Shown: positions 25,188 to 37,390, numbered from the whole stretch's first letter. The stretch is 63,712 nucleotides of DNA, filler included, from Rhabdomonas costata (GCA_019059605.1; 33 parts of 33 records of this genome joined end to end with filler, not necessarily neighbours in it); one strand, 5' to 3'. Translations and numbers: made by a program. Notes: generated from the letters alone by a model not told the origin.

Positions 25188-25369
25188 GGGTTGCCCCACA
25201 AACCTACCTGGCTGCAAGTGCTGGCTTCACGGCACGCTCTGTGTCGGAGTCTCCTGAAATGCTCACCGACTGGAGGACTTGGGCCACCCTGGCCAGCCTT
25301 GCCGTGGTCGCCCTTCTTCCTGTCGCCTTGAGGCAGGCCCGGCGCCGTGGGCGCAAGCACGCCGACTAA
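25188..25369 (+). CDS. TMEM41-like (DedA/VTT, SNARE-associated family) membrane protein, terminal exon
   Basis: After a CAG acceptor: GVAPQTYLAASAGFTARSVSESPEMLTDWRTWATLASLAVVALLPVALRQARRRGRKHAD*. This parallels the TMEM41 C-terminus (GxxP...AG.TL...W...L..LA...LLP plus a basic tail). Confidence 0.75.
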
Positions 25370-26101
25370 CGGCCAGCGTAATGGATTAGGTACTGCTGCT
25401 TCTCCGAACTTGGATCACGGTTCGAGCCCCTTTTGGAGTGGGGCTTCATCCTCTCAAGATGATGCGCTGCGTCATCTGCCTGTTATCTCACACTATCCTT
25501 TCTGTGCTTCCTCACCTGTACAGTAGTAGGGCCTCTTTGCTGGGTGAACCTGGGCTGAGTGAGTTGCTTGGGTTGTGTGAATTTTGCAGTCCGTGTGCAG
25601 CTTAAATCCGAATGGCTTACAAATACCAGCACTTGTTTGGCTATTCTGAAGTGCACGCAAACAAGTTATACAGAGGACTCAGAAAGTAGCATTGGTGCCA
25701 TTGGTGCCGATATTGTCGAATAGGTTAGCTCCGTGACGACGATTCACACAACTTGATTACGTGGGCTTATCTTCGCTTTCATGTTCAGTGGTACAAATAT
25801 GGCCATGCCACAGTTTAGAGTCGATACAAACACTTCAGAGTGGTTAGCAGGATGAGGAGGACTCGAGGAGGACACGAGGGGGGTGGGGGCGGAAACAGCC
25901 GCCATGGGTGCAATCCCAACGCACGAAAACGGACACACGCACTGGGACATCCATGTTCATGTTGTTTTTCTCTTCCTCGGCAGTTTTCTCAGAGCTCCTT
26001 GTTTCTCCTTTTCTGTGCTTTTGCATCCACTCTCACCACACTTTCTACTCGAAATGTCGAAAGCGCATATCTTTCTACTCCTCATACTTGTGCGTTTTTT
26101 G

Positions 26102-26446
26102 TTAATGACCCAAGCAACTCAAGTGCTGCTTGGTATTCTTCATGACAACCCAAATAGCCTCGTTCCCGGTGCATCCCACAAACCCGACCACGCCCAAGGC
26201 CAGCAGCTCCCCCACTTGCGAGCTGGCGTTGCCCGAGCCCGAGGAGTGCTGCAGCTGAAGGTTTCCGTTGCATGGGCTCACAGAGTTGAACTCATTGAAG
26301 GCTGCGTTGATGCCCAGCTCGATTTCTGTGGCCAAGAGGCTGCTGGGATCGTCATGAATCACTCCAAACACAGTTGTTTGTGTGGCACAGGAAGTGTGCA
26401 AAAGGCATACAAGCACAGCATAAAATAAAGGAGTCGCTCTCGTCAT
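26102..26446 (-). CDS. Signal-peptide protein starting a type-1 periplasmic-binding-protein-like domain (receptor ectodomain), first exon or truncated gene
   Basis: MTRATPLFYAVLVCLLHTSCA signal peptide, then LATEIELGINAAFNEFN...NGNLQL...VGELLALGVVGFVGCTG, which resembles the PBP1/LIVBP pattern G..AAF.E.N...L...V..xVG..G. The 3' boundary is uncertain. Confidence 0.6.
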   Translation of the reverse strand: MTRATPLFYAVLVCLLHTSCATQTTVFGVIHDDPSSLLATEIELGINAAFNEFNSVSPCNGNLQLQHSSGSGNASSQVGELLALGVVGFVGCTGNEAIWVVMKNTKQHLSCLGH

Positions 26447-27904
26447 TTTGAGGAGGGAGTGTGGCGAGGCAGAAAAGCTCAGAAGAAGAGCTTCACAAAA
26501 GAACCTGTATGCGGAAAGTGGATGAGAGCGACAAAGAGATACACAATTTAGTTCCGCGCCAGAAGAGAAGCTCCAAAAAAGTCTGAAAAAGTTGGAACTC
26601 TACGCATTGCAGGTAGAGCGCTTCCCTAGCGTAGCAGGTGCCGTGATTCCCGAAACGACTCCGAAACATGATGTGGTCGATACACCGTAAACTCAGAACA
26701 TCACTGCAACATTTGGCTTTAGTTGAAATCCGACCTTTGCACACCCTTCAACAAAAGCCGTCGATCACATGATCCACAGCTGACTTCTAAAATCAAAACA
26801 AACATGAAAGTACCCAAAAAACGTCGCACCTTCGGTAAAGAGGGCACTTCATCGTTTTAGGCCTAAAACCCCCAAAACTTGTTTCTTTGCTCATAACAAA
26901 ACATGTGCCCAGGAAACGGTATTTCTATGGGGTAAAATGAATGGAAAACCGTTGAAAACTGTTTAACACACCAAAAAACNNNNNNNNNNNNNNNNNNNNN
27001 NNNNNNNNNNNNNNNNNNNNNNNTTAATTAATTAANNNNNNNNNNNNNNNNNNNNNNNNNNNNNNNNNNNNNNNNNNNNTGTGTGTGTTCACCCCTGGCA
27101 ACAATGTCACGCACGGCGACCAAGTACGGCCCACAGTTGGAGGAGGACAAAGATGCCCCAACAGCATCTCCAAGCGCACAGCCAAGAAGCATGCCCTTGG
27201 ACATTTCCGCAACTCGAAGACGAAACATCGCCACTAACGCCAAAGTAAACCCCGTAGGACGCTCAAAATGGCTGGAAAAACACAAGAGCTCACATTTACC
27301 AAAGGTGAAGTGAAAAGCAGATCAGCGGTCTTTTTCGTAAAAGTTGGGCTGAGACCTTACAATCCAATGCTTGATCAATTCAAACGTTCTCTCTTGTTCT
27401 TCAAGATGCCAGTTGGAGCGAGAAGGCACACACGTTCTAAGTTTGCAACACAACAGGCTGCACACATGGTCGGTCTGCGTAAGTGCGTGGAAACGAGATG
27501 AAAGTGACCTAAGAAACAAACCATTTGTTGCCAAAGCGGAACTTCGACCAAAATGCGACCAGAAGAGGTGAATGGAAAACCTAACTCCGGAGCCTGAGAA
27601 AATCAACTTGAGCCCGTCTTAAAAGACCTGAAACCTGAGTTGTCCAAAGACAACAGAACCTTCGTAGTGACAACCGGTTAGGGCGGAGTACAAGTCCTTT
27701 TATAGGGAGTCACAAAAGCGCACGCAGAGCCAATATTCCCCCGAATCTCACCACATCAGTTGAGGAGAATGCAAATACTGCTTTCTGCCAAGCAGCAAAC
27801 TCATACTGCAGCGTCTGCCTCGAACACCACCTGTTTACGAAAAACTCATCGGAAGGCGGCGAGCAATCCTCAGAGGAACCAGTAACTCAATTGCGGGGGT
27901 TAGC

Positions 27905-28690
27905 TCATCCCGGGTGAGCCTCTAAGAACTGAAACGTCTCCTCCATGAATTGCGAGGTGAATTCATGGAAGGCCCATGCCACGTTGAGCTCCTCACTAAT
28001 CGCCGAGCGGTCGGCTTGCAGACTGTCCGGCAGGCCAGCCCGAGTGACTATGGGCTGCACCACCTGACGCCAGGAGGACATCCTGGGGTCCTCCAAAAGA
28101 TAGCCTGCAGAAGAAATCGTAAACCAACCGAAGGTCTTATAGCAAAACAAGCAAAACAGAAGCAAAACAGAAGAGAAGGGTGCCCATCAGCGGTTGCACC
28201 GCTCGCCCTGTGGCCGCGGTTTTTCACCCCAGTTTGATTTTTGGGTGGATGAAAACAAGACGACGACTGTCGGGAGGAGGACAGAGTCACAGAGAAAAGG
28301 GAAGGTGGAAAATGATTACACTCGGTAATGAGAGCTCAAGAAAGCCAGAGACAACTCTTTCGGAACATCTGGCAACTTCACGGGCAGTGCCCCTCTGAGA
28401 CTTCACATTCCGACTCAACACATTGCATTGCAGCCCAGCCCTGACAGTCACGGAAAACGATATAGGGCTGTGGTGGTCTATTGTGTTTGTGGTAACCACG
28501 CCGGGGAGGAGCAACCGCATCCATTCGTGCATTGCAATTCCATTTGTCCACGAGCATTGTAGCGCAGCATGCCCTGTGCGTCCAGGAAGCTAGCCTGCTG
28601 CAGGGCAGCAAAGAGGGCCTCCGAGGTGGCCAAGGGGAAGCCCTCAATGCGGTTCGCAAAGAAGGCAGAGGACAGCGACAACGGACCAGC
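27905..28690 (-). CDS. Conserved uncharacterised protein (probable alpha/beta-hydrolase-like), last two exons joined by a GC-AG intron
   Basis: Exons 28690-28573 and 28104-27905. Peptide: AGPLSLSSAFFANRIEGFPLATSEALFAALQQASFLDAQG/YLLEDPRMSSWRQVVQPIVTRAGLPDSLQADRSAISEELNVAWAFHEFTSQFMEETFQFLEAHPG*. Confidence 0.7.
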
Positions 28691-29569
28691 CTTTGCGCAA
28701 ATGTAAACGCAGAGAAAACTTCCCCGGTTAATTGTAAGGATCACTATTTTTCTGTGTTTCTGTGTCCGGAGCGTATTTTTGGTGAGAAGAGGGCTTGCGA
28801 GTATTTTCCAGCACACACCTGAACTGGCATCTCGGCAGCAGTCAAGGCACGACAACTATCCTCAGTAATATGGATGGAAGTAAAGGCATGTGGCCTTAAT
28901 TTAAAGTTAGAACNNNNNNNNNNNNNNNNNNNNNNNNNNNNNNNNNNNNNNNNNNNNTTAATTAATTAANNNNNNNNNNNNNNNNNNNNNNNNNNNNNNN
29001 NNNNNNNNNNNNNGGTTGTGGTGATGCGCTGAAGTACTGCGCTAATACGTTACGGAAGACGTCGCGTCCTCGTTGTTTGGCGACTGAACGCTGCCCAGTG
29101 GCCGGTGAATCCCCATAAGGCTTCGGCTGAGATCAGGGCAGAGATGAGACCCCCGCCCCCTTTCGACGAATGTCATTTTCGGCCGGTTCACTGCCCTTAA
29201 GCCGAGATGAGACGATGCTAGTAAAGTCACTGAAACTCTGAAAATGTCACATTCTTTGCAGCTGCAGTTGCTGCCGTCGACTGGAACGCTTCAACGGGTC
29301 TCTCTCTTCTGGTCACGAGTCTTGACAAACGGATTTCCTTGAAAGCTTAGGTATCCTTGCCCACGGCTCTAGCACTTCGATGAAAATGGCACTCTGTCGT
29401 TGCCTTTTGCGCTATGTCGTTCTTATTGCCTACCTTCTGTACTGTGTCAAACCTACATTAAAGGGAGATACATTATCACGCAAGTGAAAAAAGGATCTAA
29501 AAGATGCTCAGAAAAATTCCACAGCTGGGGAGGAGGGGTGATCGACAGCTGCACACTCCAAAGCCATAC

Positions 29570-29923
29570 GTCTTGAAAATGATGAACGAAGGTCACCCCA
29601 CCCCCGGCAATCCATAGCCGGCGTTGAAACACCGTGATCCCCATCGCCCCCCGGGGCGTGAACGCCGCATCCCGGGTGACTTCGATCCACTTCCCCTTCA
29701 GCGGGTCGGAGGTGCGCCATACATCGTTGTAAGCCACGGTGGGGAGCCCAAGTCCGCCCACCACCCAGAACTCGCCCTTGAAGGCCACCAGCCCCATTTT
29801 CGCCCGGGAACTGAAGTCGCCATCCCTGCCTCGCCTCCACGCGTGCCCGTCGCGGGTCACCCAGGCACTGCGGATGGGTTGCCAATCCTGGTTCTCGCCG
29901 CTCAGCCCCGCCGCAATCAAGAC
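29570..29923 (-). CDS. Kelch-repeat beta-propeller protein, internal exon
   Basis: Exon bounded by CAG and GT. Peptide: VLIAAGLSGENQDWQPIRSAWVTRDGHAW...LVAFKGEFWVVGGLGLPTVAYNDVWRTSDPLKGKWIEVTRDAAFTPRGAMGITVFQRRLWIAGGGVTFVHHFQD, with repeated WxxGG...NDVW...W units. Confidence 0.88.
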
Positions 29924-31358
29924 CTGAGGGTTAAATTTGTGCGGATATGCATTTACGAGCACGTGCGTACCTGTAGATGGTAAAATCTATTGATTCCGGA
30001 GATGAGCCAGCAAACCAAGACGGGATACAGGGGGAGGGGGATTGCTGGAATTTACGGAGGGTCGAGCAAAGGTCAAAGAATAGGAAACGACTGTGCAGGA
30101 AAGGCAACGTCTTGCACAGGGCGCTTCTAATAACTTAACCAACATTCCAACATATTCCTGAATCAGGGCAAACGAAGCACAGCGGACAATGCAGGCCAAC
30201 AGGAATTCCTCTTTTTACAATTGTTCGCTTCTGATTATTTCATCAACTTATTTATTGAATAAGGGCAACCGAAGCGACGATGCCCGGCGACAGGGATTCC
30301 GATTTTATACATTTTTTGCCCCAAATTCTTGACAAATTTTCCAAGCAAATGAGCCAACAAACCAAGGCAGGATACAGGGGAAGAGGGTGCCCCCCTCCTT
30401 ATTTTCTTTTTTTCTTTTTGCAGTAAAAGACAGCACCGCGTGGAATGGATGGAGGACAAAGTAAGTTTACTGCTGTGCTTAAACTCTGAGCTTGGATGGA
30501 CTGCGGGCAGCGTTTTGTGGGCCCAGGCGGCCTGGAGCCTTGCCTGGGCCCCGTTTCTACGGATGAAGTCTTGGAGGTCATTCTGAAAGCACTGTGCTTC
30601 CTCTCACCCACATGCAATTTCCTTTCCCCAACATCTCATCACCTTTCGCCATCCTGCACCACTCCATCTTCACGCCCAGTTTTCAGTTTTGCCTCGCGCC
30701 AGCTAGCGTGCAATATGCTCAACGCACACACACAACCCATACAAACAGAAACTCACCTCCGCGCGACAACCAACCTTCTTCGCCTATGCCTATACCTGCA
30801 CATACCCCATTCACCCCCCTCCCTTTTCCAGCCTCCCCAGTTTTTCTNNNNNNNNNNNNNNNNNNNNNNNNNNNNNNNNNNNNNNNNNNNNTTAATTAAT
30901 TAANNNNNNNNNNNNNNNNNNNNNNNNNNNNNNNNNNNNNNNNNNNNGGTGTTTGGGTTGTGCGAGGGAATACACACCGAACATCCCGAAACCCTCGCAC
31001 AACCCAAAGACTCCATCAGATTGGTACATAAAGGGTGTCCTCATTAAATTGAATAAATTCTTCACTGTGGCTGCTGGGGTCGCCTCATACACATGCTGCC
31101 ATAATTTTCGTGGGCAGTCCAAGGGTCCGAAGAGTCATTACTTCTCCTCCCTTCCACGTAAACCACCCCCACCGCGTCTCGCTCGGAATCAGCACACGCG
31201 CTTTTCGCTTTTTGAGGATCCCTTTTCGACATTTTTTCAGCAAGATGTGAGCAGCCTCAGGTCGCATGGTTCAACAACTCAAACCAAAGCCTGTTGAGAC
31301 ACTGTTGAGAAAGCCCTACCCTATAACAAAGCCGAGCCCCCACTCGAAGAGGAGGGAC

Positions 31359-32723
31359 CTTCCTCCTGACCGCGGGGTCCTCTTTGGCACCCAGGAAGCG
31401 CTGGCGATTCTTCTCGAACAGCCCCACGAGGTTCTCCCCACTGGAGAAGGGGCGCGCCGCGGTGAGGGCGCGGAGATAGCGGTACACCGCGGGCAGCTCC
31501 TCGCCAAGGTAAGCCGACACCACCGCGAGCTGGTTGTGCGCCATCCCTGCAAAAGGGTGCAGGACTACTGAAAGTAGGACATCCGATGTCGGCAGGTCCA
31601 TCGACTCTCCTCGTTGGAAACTTCGTGGGGATTCGCAAGCACATGACTCATTTTTTACGACAGGTTAGGTCATTTTTTAGGACAAAGGTGGTGGATTCAA
31701 GCGACCTCCGCTTTTTCTTCATGATGCGTTGTAAGGTAATCAAATGTTGGGGCGGGTCAGCCTTTACCCCATAAAACCGATCCTGTTCCAAAACCTCACG
31801 CCTTTCAACCAAAACGGGAAAGAGCAGAGGGCAAGGCGTGCGTTTCCAAGAGCAGCGTCCTACCCTTTTCCGGGCACAGGGCCAGCGCCCTACCGTAGTG
31901 GCCCCGTGCAGCGTCGAAGTCCGCCTTCGCCGACCGCCCCTTCGGGACGTGAAGCGTCTTGTAGCGGGCTGGCACAGAGGAGCGGCAAACAGCAAAGAGC
32001 AAGCAACCTATTGGACTGGAAGCAGATGATCCCAGGACCAGAAAACTAATGGTCAAACACCCCGATCAGGTTGCGCCAACCCTATATCTCAATTGATGGC
32101 TCGACTTGACATGGTGACAAAAAGTGCATTTTAAGCCAAATTTTGGCCTCGGGTCCATTTGCCTACAACACGAAAGCGTCCGTTACAACCACTATACAAA
32201 GACAAGATTTTCTCGCTCGACGACCGCACAGACGATTGAACAAAGACATGTCCTTCACATTTTGTTCAGAAGTCATTCGGAGAGCACATTCGCAGCAGGC
32301 CTCGGACCCTTTCCTTGACATGAAAATCAGATGTTCCTGTTTTGCTTCAGGTGGAAAAGTGATTACCTAAGTCTCCCAGGCAGATCGACAGCCGGTAAAG
32401 CAGGGCATTCTTCTCCTCCCCTGTGGCCAAGCGCACCAGGCGTAACGGAATCCCCGCAAATCCAAATCGGCTAAGAATTGAGGTTGCCGCAAAGGCACCA
32501 TTAGTCACGAAGTATCCAAGATTCACACAGTATGCAGTTGCGATTTTCTGAAAGCAACCCGTTCCCCTTTCTTTCTTCCCTGGAACGCAGTGTTGCTACC
32601 ACTGTCGCCGTGATATTGCTGGGAAAGGCGCCTATGCAGCCCCTCATAATAATTGGAGGCCTCCGCCAGGAAGTTCAGATACGTGTCACGCAAGGCCTGA
32701 AATTCCTCGCCTTCGTGGGAAGA
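31359..32723 (-). CDS. EST1/SMG5-6-7 family protein (14-3-3-like TPR domain), partial, 4 exons
   Basis: Exons 32723-32600, 32420-32367, 31968-31864 and 31546-31359 (GT-AG, phases compatible). Peptide: FQALRDTYLNFLAEASNYYEGL...LLYRLSICLGDLARYKTL...DFDAARGHYGRALALCPEKGMAHNQLAVVSAYLGEELPAVYRYLRALTAARPFSSGENLVGLFEKNRQ. Confidence 0.9.
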
Positions 32724-33921
32724 CTGACAAGGTGCGAAAAGGACAAAAGAAATGGGCCACCCATAGCATCATCTCCCAACANNNNNNNNNNNNNNNNNNN
32801 NNNNNNNNNNNNNNNNNNNNNNNNNTTAATTAATTAANNNNNNNNNNNNNNNNNNNNNNNNNNNNNNNNNNNNNNNNNNNNTGTGTGTTTGAGAGGGAGA
32901 ATGAGTTATTGTTCTGAATGCCAGGCCAGGGTGGGGGCGGAGTCGAATTGAAACAAAGGGGGAGAGGATAAACGACCAATGAATCAGCTCCGAGTATTTC
33001 TCAACGATATATGAAAACCAGACCTCGGGCCAACATCACATGAACTATGGAAAGCAGAACCTTTGAGAATGGGGCAGCATGAATTTCCGGCACCAAAAAT
33101 TCTCACCAGCATATCAGATCACCTGAAATGTTAGGTTTTCCCTCGGCTCTTCTTCCGTGAGGTGAGCCTTGAGATAAGTGTGCGCTCCTCAAACTTATTC
33201 AGACCAAATGAGCCGGTTTCTTAGCAGCAGACAGGAGTCTGTCCCCTTGAGCTTTGATGGGAGGGCAAAGGGAAAGCTCTGCTTCTCAAAGCAAACCCTG
33301 GTTTTGTTGAACATCTCCTCCGCCCACGAGTCCACAATGTCAGGGGAGCTGACGTCTAGCCTGTGCGGAGAGTGCCATGTGGAGTGTGCCATGTGTGTGA
33401 CTGCCTCTCCAATGGCCATGGTCGCAGAGCTGCATGGAGCAATGAGAGCTGTAACTGGTGAGAAAGCTCCAACGTCTGAGTAACGACTCACTCACTCCTC
33501 CACGAACAATTCAATGGATTGGACTGGTGAGATAACGCGGAACGCAATACTTTTTTTCTGCCTGACACACCTCTTTTCTTTTTGAAGTTCTCAACATAAC
33601 GGCGATAAAAGAGATCAATGATTGCTCTGGTGCTCAAAGAAATCTTAGGCTCAACCCATCTAGAGTCTACCACACTCTCGCACCCCACGGCGCCAGTGAA
33701 TACCCGTACCACCCACCACCCAAACAAACCCAGTGCACAACTGTGGTGGAGGCCTCTTCAGCCTTCAGAGAACTTCCGCATTTCCTCTCGATTCCTGACC
33801 GCTCCTCGGGTGAGAATCAACCCTCTAACACAGGGAGGAGGTCCACAAGAAACTTCGGCGCATTACTGCGAGGGCTCGACAAAGCCTCAGCTCTTTGTGC
33901 TCGCCCACACGTCTCTGGGAG

Positions 33922-34258
33922 TCACTCTTCTTCTGCCTGGGGCACGGGCCCATTACGGAATCTGCTGCTCTGGAATCTGCAGACGTCGAGGATGAAACCA
34001 CATTTTCAACAGCAGGAGGAGAACCAAAGACCTGTGGCGGTGGCAGTTGGGGAAGTGGCGGGTGATGATCTTCTCCTGGGGCAGCCACAGTTGCTTTGCG
34101 GTGGTCGGGAACCGGGCGCTGGCGAAGTGGATGTGCCCATTGAGCACCACCCGAGGGTTCAGGAAGGGGTACGCCCCCCACAGCCCGTGCTTGCACCCCG
34201 GGCTGAACGACCGCAGCACACTCGTGTTGTGGTGCAGCTTGAACTGCCCGCACTGCAC
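33922..34258 (-). CDS. Hypothetical protein, last two exons
   Basis: Exons 34258-34032 and 33976-33922 with a phase-2 GT-AG intron. Peptide: VQCGQFKLHHNTSVLRSFSPGCKHGLWGAYPFLNPRVVLNGHIHF...HFPNCHRHR/FQSSRFRNGPVPQAEEE*. Confidence 0.6.
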
Positions 34259-35794
34259 CTGCCCGCAAGGGTGCGTGCTCGTGTGGGGCCTCTTGTATTT
34301 TTTTGGGGGGTGGGGACCAGTAAACGTTTCACACTGTTAACGGTGAAAAACTTCCTAACCCACTATAATTCAAAAAAATGTGTATGTGCGTAAAAATGTA
34401 CGTAGTTCCAGGTCTAAGGGCAGAAAAACAGTATTCATAACTCCACTTTGCTAAAATTAATGCATTAGAGGTAGTTGAAAAAGGTTCCCTAACCCCCGCG
34501 TCCTAAAAATAACGTCCAAAAATGTGTCTGATTGGGACATTTAGCATCACCCACCCCATGGACCGTCACAACCCATCTGCCCGCTCCGGACGAGCAGCGG
34601 ACTGGTCTCCGCACCCAAAATGACTGAATCCCTTTTGTACATCTCGTGGGAACCGTTCATCCCCCTTGCGTTCTGACCTAAACGTTTAGCAATGCTAAAC
34701 GCTTAACACCCCCCCNNNNNNNNNNNNNNNNNNNNNNNNNNNNNNNNNNNNNNNNNNNNTTAATTAATTAANNNNNNNNNNNNNNNNNNNNNNNNNNNNN
34801 NNNNNNNNNNNNNNNGTTTGTGGTGTATGTAACCTTTGCAGGTTACCAAACAACCGCCTTCCTTGGGGGTAGTCTCTGCACGGTTGCAGAGTATACGCCT
34901 CCGAGGGCGGTTGTTTGGTAATCTGCAAAGGTTACATACACTACATCCGCATACGGGCCGCGGCTGTCGCTCACGAAAACCGGTGCTGTCCTGGGAGCAG
35001 TTTTGGTGGAGTCCCTGAAAAAAAACGCGTATGGTGGGCGCCTCCCTCCGACTGGGCTGGGAGGAATTCCGTGCTCCGGGGTTGGGATCACGTCAGGGTG
35101 CCGAGGTAGCGATTGCGGACCCAGCGGGCTCGAGCAAGTCGCACTCTGGGATCAAATACCAATTCTGTCAATTACTTGAACACCGAGGACTGATGTCGGG
35201 ATGTACAACAGGTGCATCTGCCGCTGTACCCTGTGGGTCCTCCTATCGCTGAGCGTTCGGAACAGCACGAGGATTCGTGCACGTAACTGTTGGGAGAGCC
35301 AAGCAATCGCTGTGAGGCTGCACTGCGGTATACTTGCCTGTGGGATTCTGCGCTGAAGAGACGCGCGCATCAAAATGTGATGAGCATTGCTCCTTTTGCG
35401 TTGCGCAGCTCGTGCTGCTGTACCTACTTTTTCTGGTTTGCCATGGTGTTTGGGCCGTGGGTCGGGATAGGGGGTCTTCTTCTTCTTTTTCTTCTTGACA
35501 CACAAAGAAACCCGATTACCGGGAGGGAAGGGCCAGCTTACCCTCTTTTACCGGAGATACATCGTAAGCACCCCAAGCGGACAGCAGTTAACAACTGAGT
35601 CATCCAGGCATCCCGCCGATGGGATCAAGAAACGCCCAGGAAGGCGCCCAGGAAGACGAATCACTCTTCCGGCATTGAAAACCAACGCTGAGGCCCCCAA
35701 CCTTCAAACCGCCAAAAGTGGAGGAGACGGCGGATATATCTCACCCAAGGAAATCGCACATTAGCAAATCGAGGAACACAAGCGACGCGCATAC

Positions 35795-36520
35795 CCTGCG
35801 ATGCAAACCACCACCATGCCCACGGTGAACGGGACCCCCGAGTTGACCTTAGCCAGCCAGACGCTAGTGTCCGTGCCCACCACCAAAGCCCACTGCAGGC
35901 CCTGCGAAGGAAGAAAGTGCGCGTGCATGCTTGTTCGCATGTGGACAACGCAATGGTGGCCCTGTCCATTGCAGAACGTTCGTCGAGACCTGGCAGTCTA
36001 TTTTACGAGCAGCGGCCAAAGAGCGCAGCTGAGGTCCCGCATAACGACGTTACGTGTACAAACGTAAACCGAACATCAAAGCCATTCTGTTTATCCGCAA
36101 ACCCTCAATCCAAACAAATATTTTCACTTGGTCCAGATACCCTCAAAGCATCAAAGCAGGGGAGCGATGGAAGTGCAGAAAGAAACGAGCACAAAATTAG
36201 AAATGTCAGCGCTCCCAAAGGCAAACCTCGACATCCACGCGGCGCACATTGGCGTAGTACCCAGACACAGAGATCGCAGTGTCCTGCCCACGGGAGCTGT
36301 GCAGGAACTGAGACCACCCACTAGTACGGGCCACAATGCCCGCACTGATGCTCCGCAGCGCGGCGTTGGTGGCATTCACCGCCGTGATCCTCTCCGGCTT
36401 CCCCGAGGCAGTGAAGACGGTGGTCATCAGCTGCTGACCCTCCACAGAGCTGGCGACGAGGTATCCCGCCGGGATTTCCACCAGGAAGGCCACCGTGCCG
36501 GGGAACAGGGCACTGGAGAC
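35795..36520 (-). CDS. Membrane receptor with a Cache-like ectodomain followed by a TM helix (receptor cyclase- or kinase-like), partial, 2 exons
   Basis: Exons 36520-36227 and 35901-35795. Peptide: LFPGTVAFLVEIPAGYLVASS...PERITAVNATNAALRSIS...YYANVRRVDVE/GLQWALVVGTDTSVWLAKVNSGVPFTVGMVVVCIAG. AFxxE..G.LVASS and GLxWxxVV followed by a TM segment is typical of the membrane-proximal dCache region. Confidence 0.7.
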
Positions 36521-37390
36521 CTGTGATTCCCGCACGTTTGACCAGTTTCAAAACTTCCTTTTAAGGGACCGCTGAATACCGTGAACGTCTGCCACAACTG
36601 TGAAACACTTTCTAAGCATCTGAACAAGGTGCACCGAGAGCACAAAAACNNNNNNNNNNNNNNNNNNNNNNNNNNNNNNNNNNNNNNNNNNNNTTAATTA
36701 ATTAANNNNNNNNNNNNNNNNNNNNNNNNNNNNNNNNNNNNNNNNNNNNGGGTTTGGGTTTAACTTCTGTTGCTCTTCGTTTCCTTCTTATGCTCAACCG
36801 CCGGATTTAGGTGTAACATTAGGTCAAAGCAAGAGTCAAACGTTTTATTCTCCCAGGTATGCCTGAAAAGCCGTGGCCTCACCCTGCTTCCTCCTCACAA
36901 ACTCCAAGCCAGGTCAGAATAGGAGATAAAGGACCTACGTCAGCCACGGGTCGGTAGAGGCCTCCCACCGGCTCCTGCTCCCTTCTCAGAAGGGGGGAGG
37001 GGGGCCGGAGCGGCACAGATTGGTCCTCTGAAACAGCGTGTAGCTTGGGTGCAGTTTCACGGTATTCGGACCCTTTTGATTTGCAGGGTAAGTTAAACTT
37101 TTTGCGCTGCTCAACTTTTGCGGGTGCGAAGCATCCCTGAACCAAGTCCCAAGTCATTGACGCGGACCCTCTTCCACTCCAAATACGCGTTTCTCTCTCT
37201 TTTGCCAAAACCGAGTACTCACAATTGCAATCGTCCGCGAAGCTGAATGCTCTCATTAGTTTCAATCACACCCGTTTAGCACTGTAGAAAGCCCTCTCCC
37301 CAACGATTTCTGACAAAGTTTTAATGACTTTGTTGTTCGTCGTTGCTAATCGCCTGCCTGCCTGCATGCTCAATCTCCCCTTCTCGGCAG

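Noticed and set aside
25371..25435. tRNA-like A box (AGCGTAATGG) and B box (GGTTCGAGCCC) just after the TMEM41-like stop
   Set aside because: Acceptor, D and T stems do not pair properly. At most a degenerate relic; tRNAscan-SE would settle it.
30001..30388. Diverged ~38-bp direct repeat (atgagcca.caaaccaag.c.ggatacagggg) at ~30002 and ~30349
   Set aside because: Only two diverged copies in non-coding sequence. No array or LTR structure.
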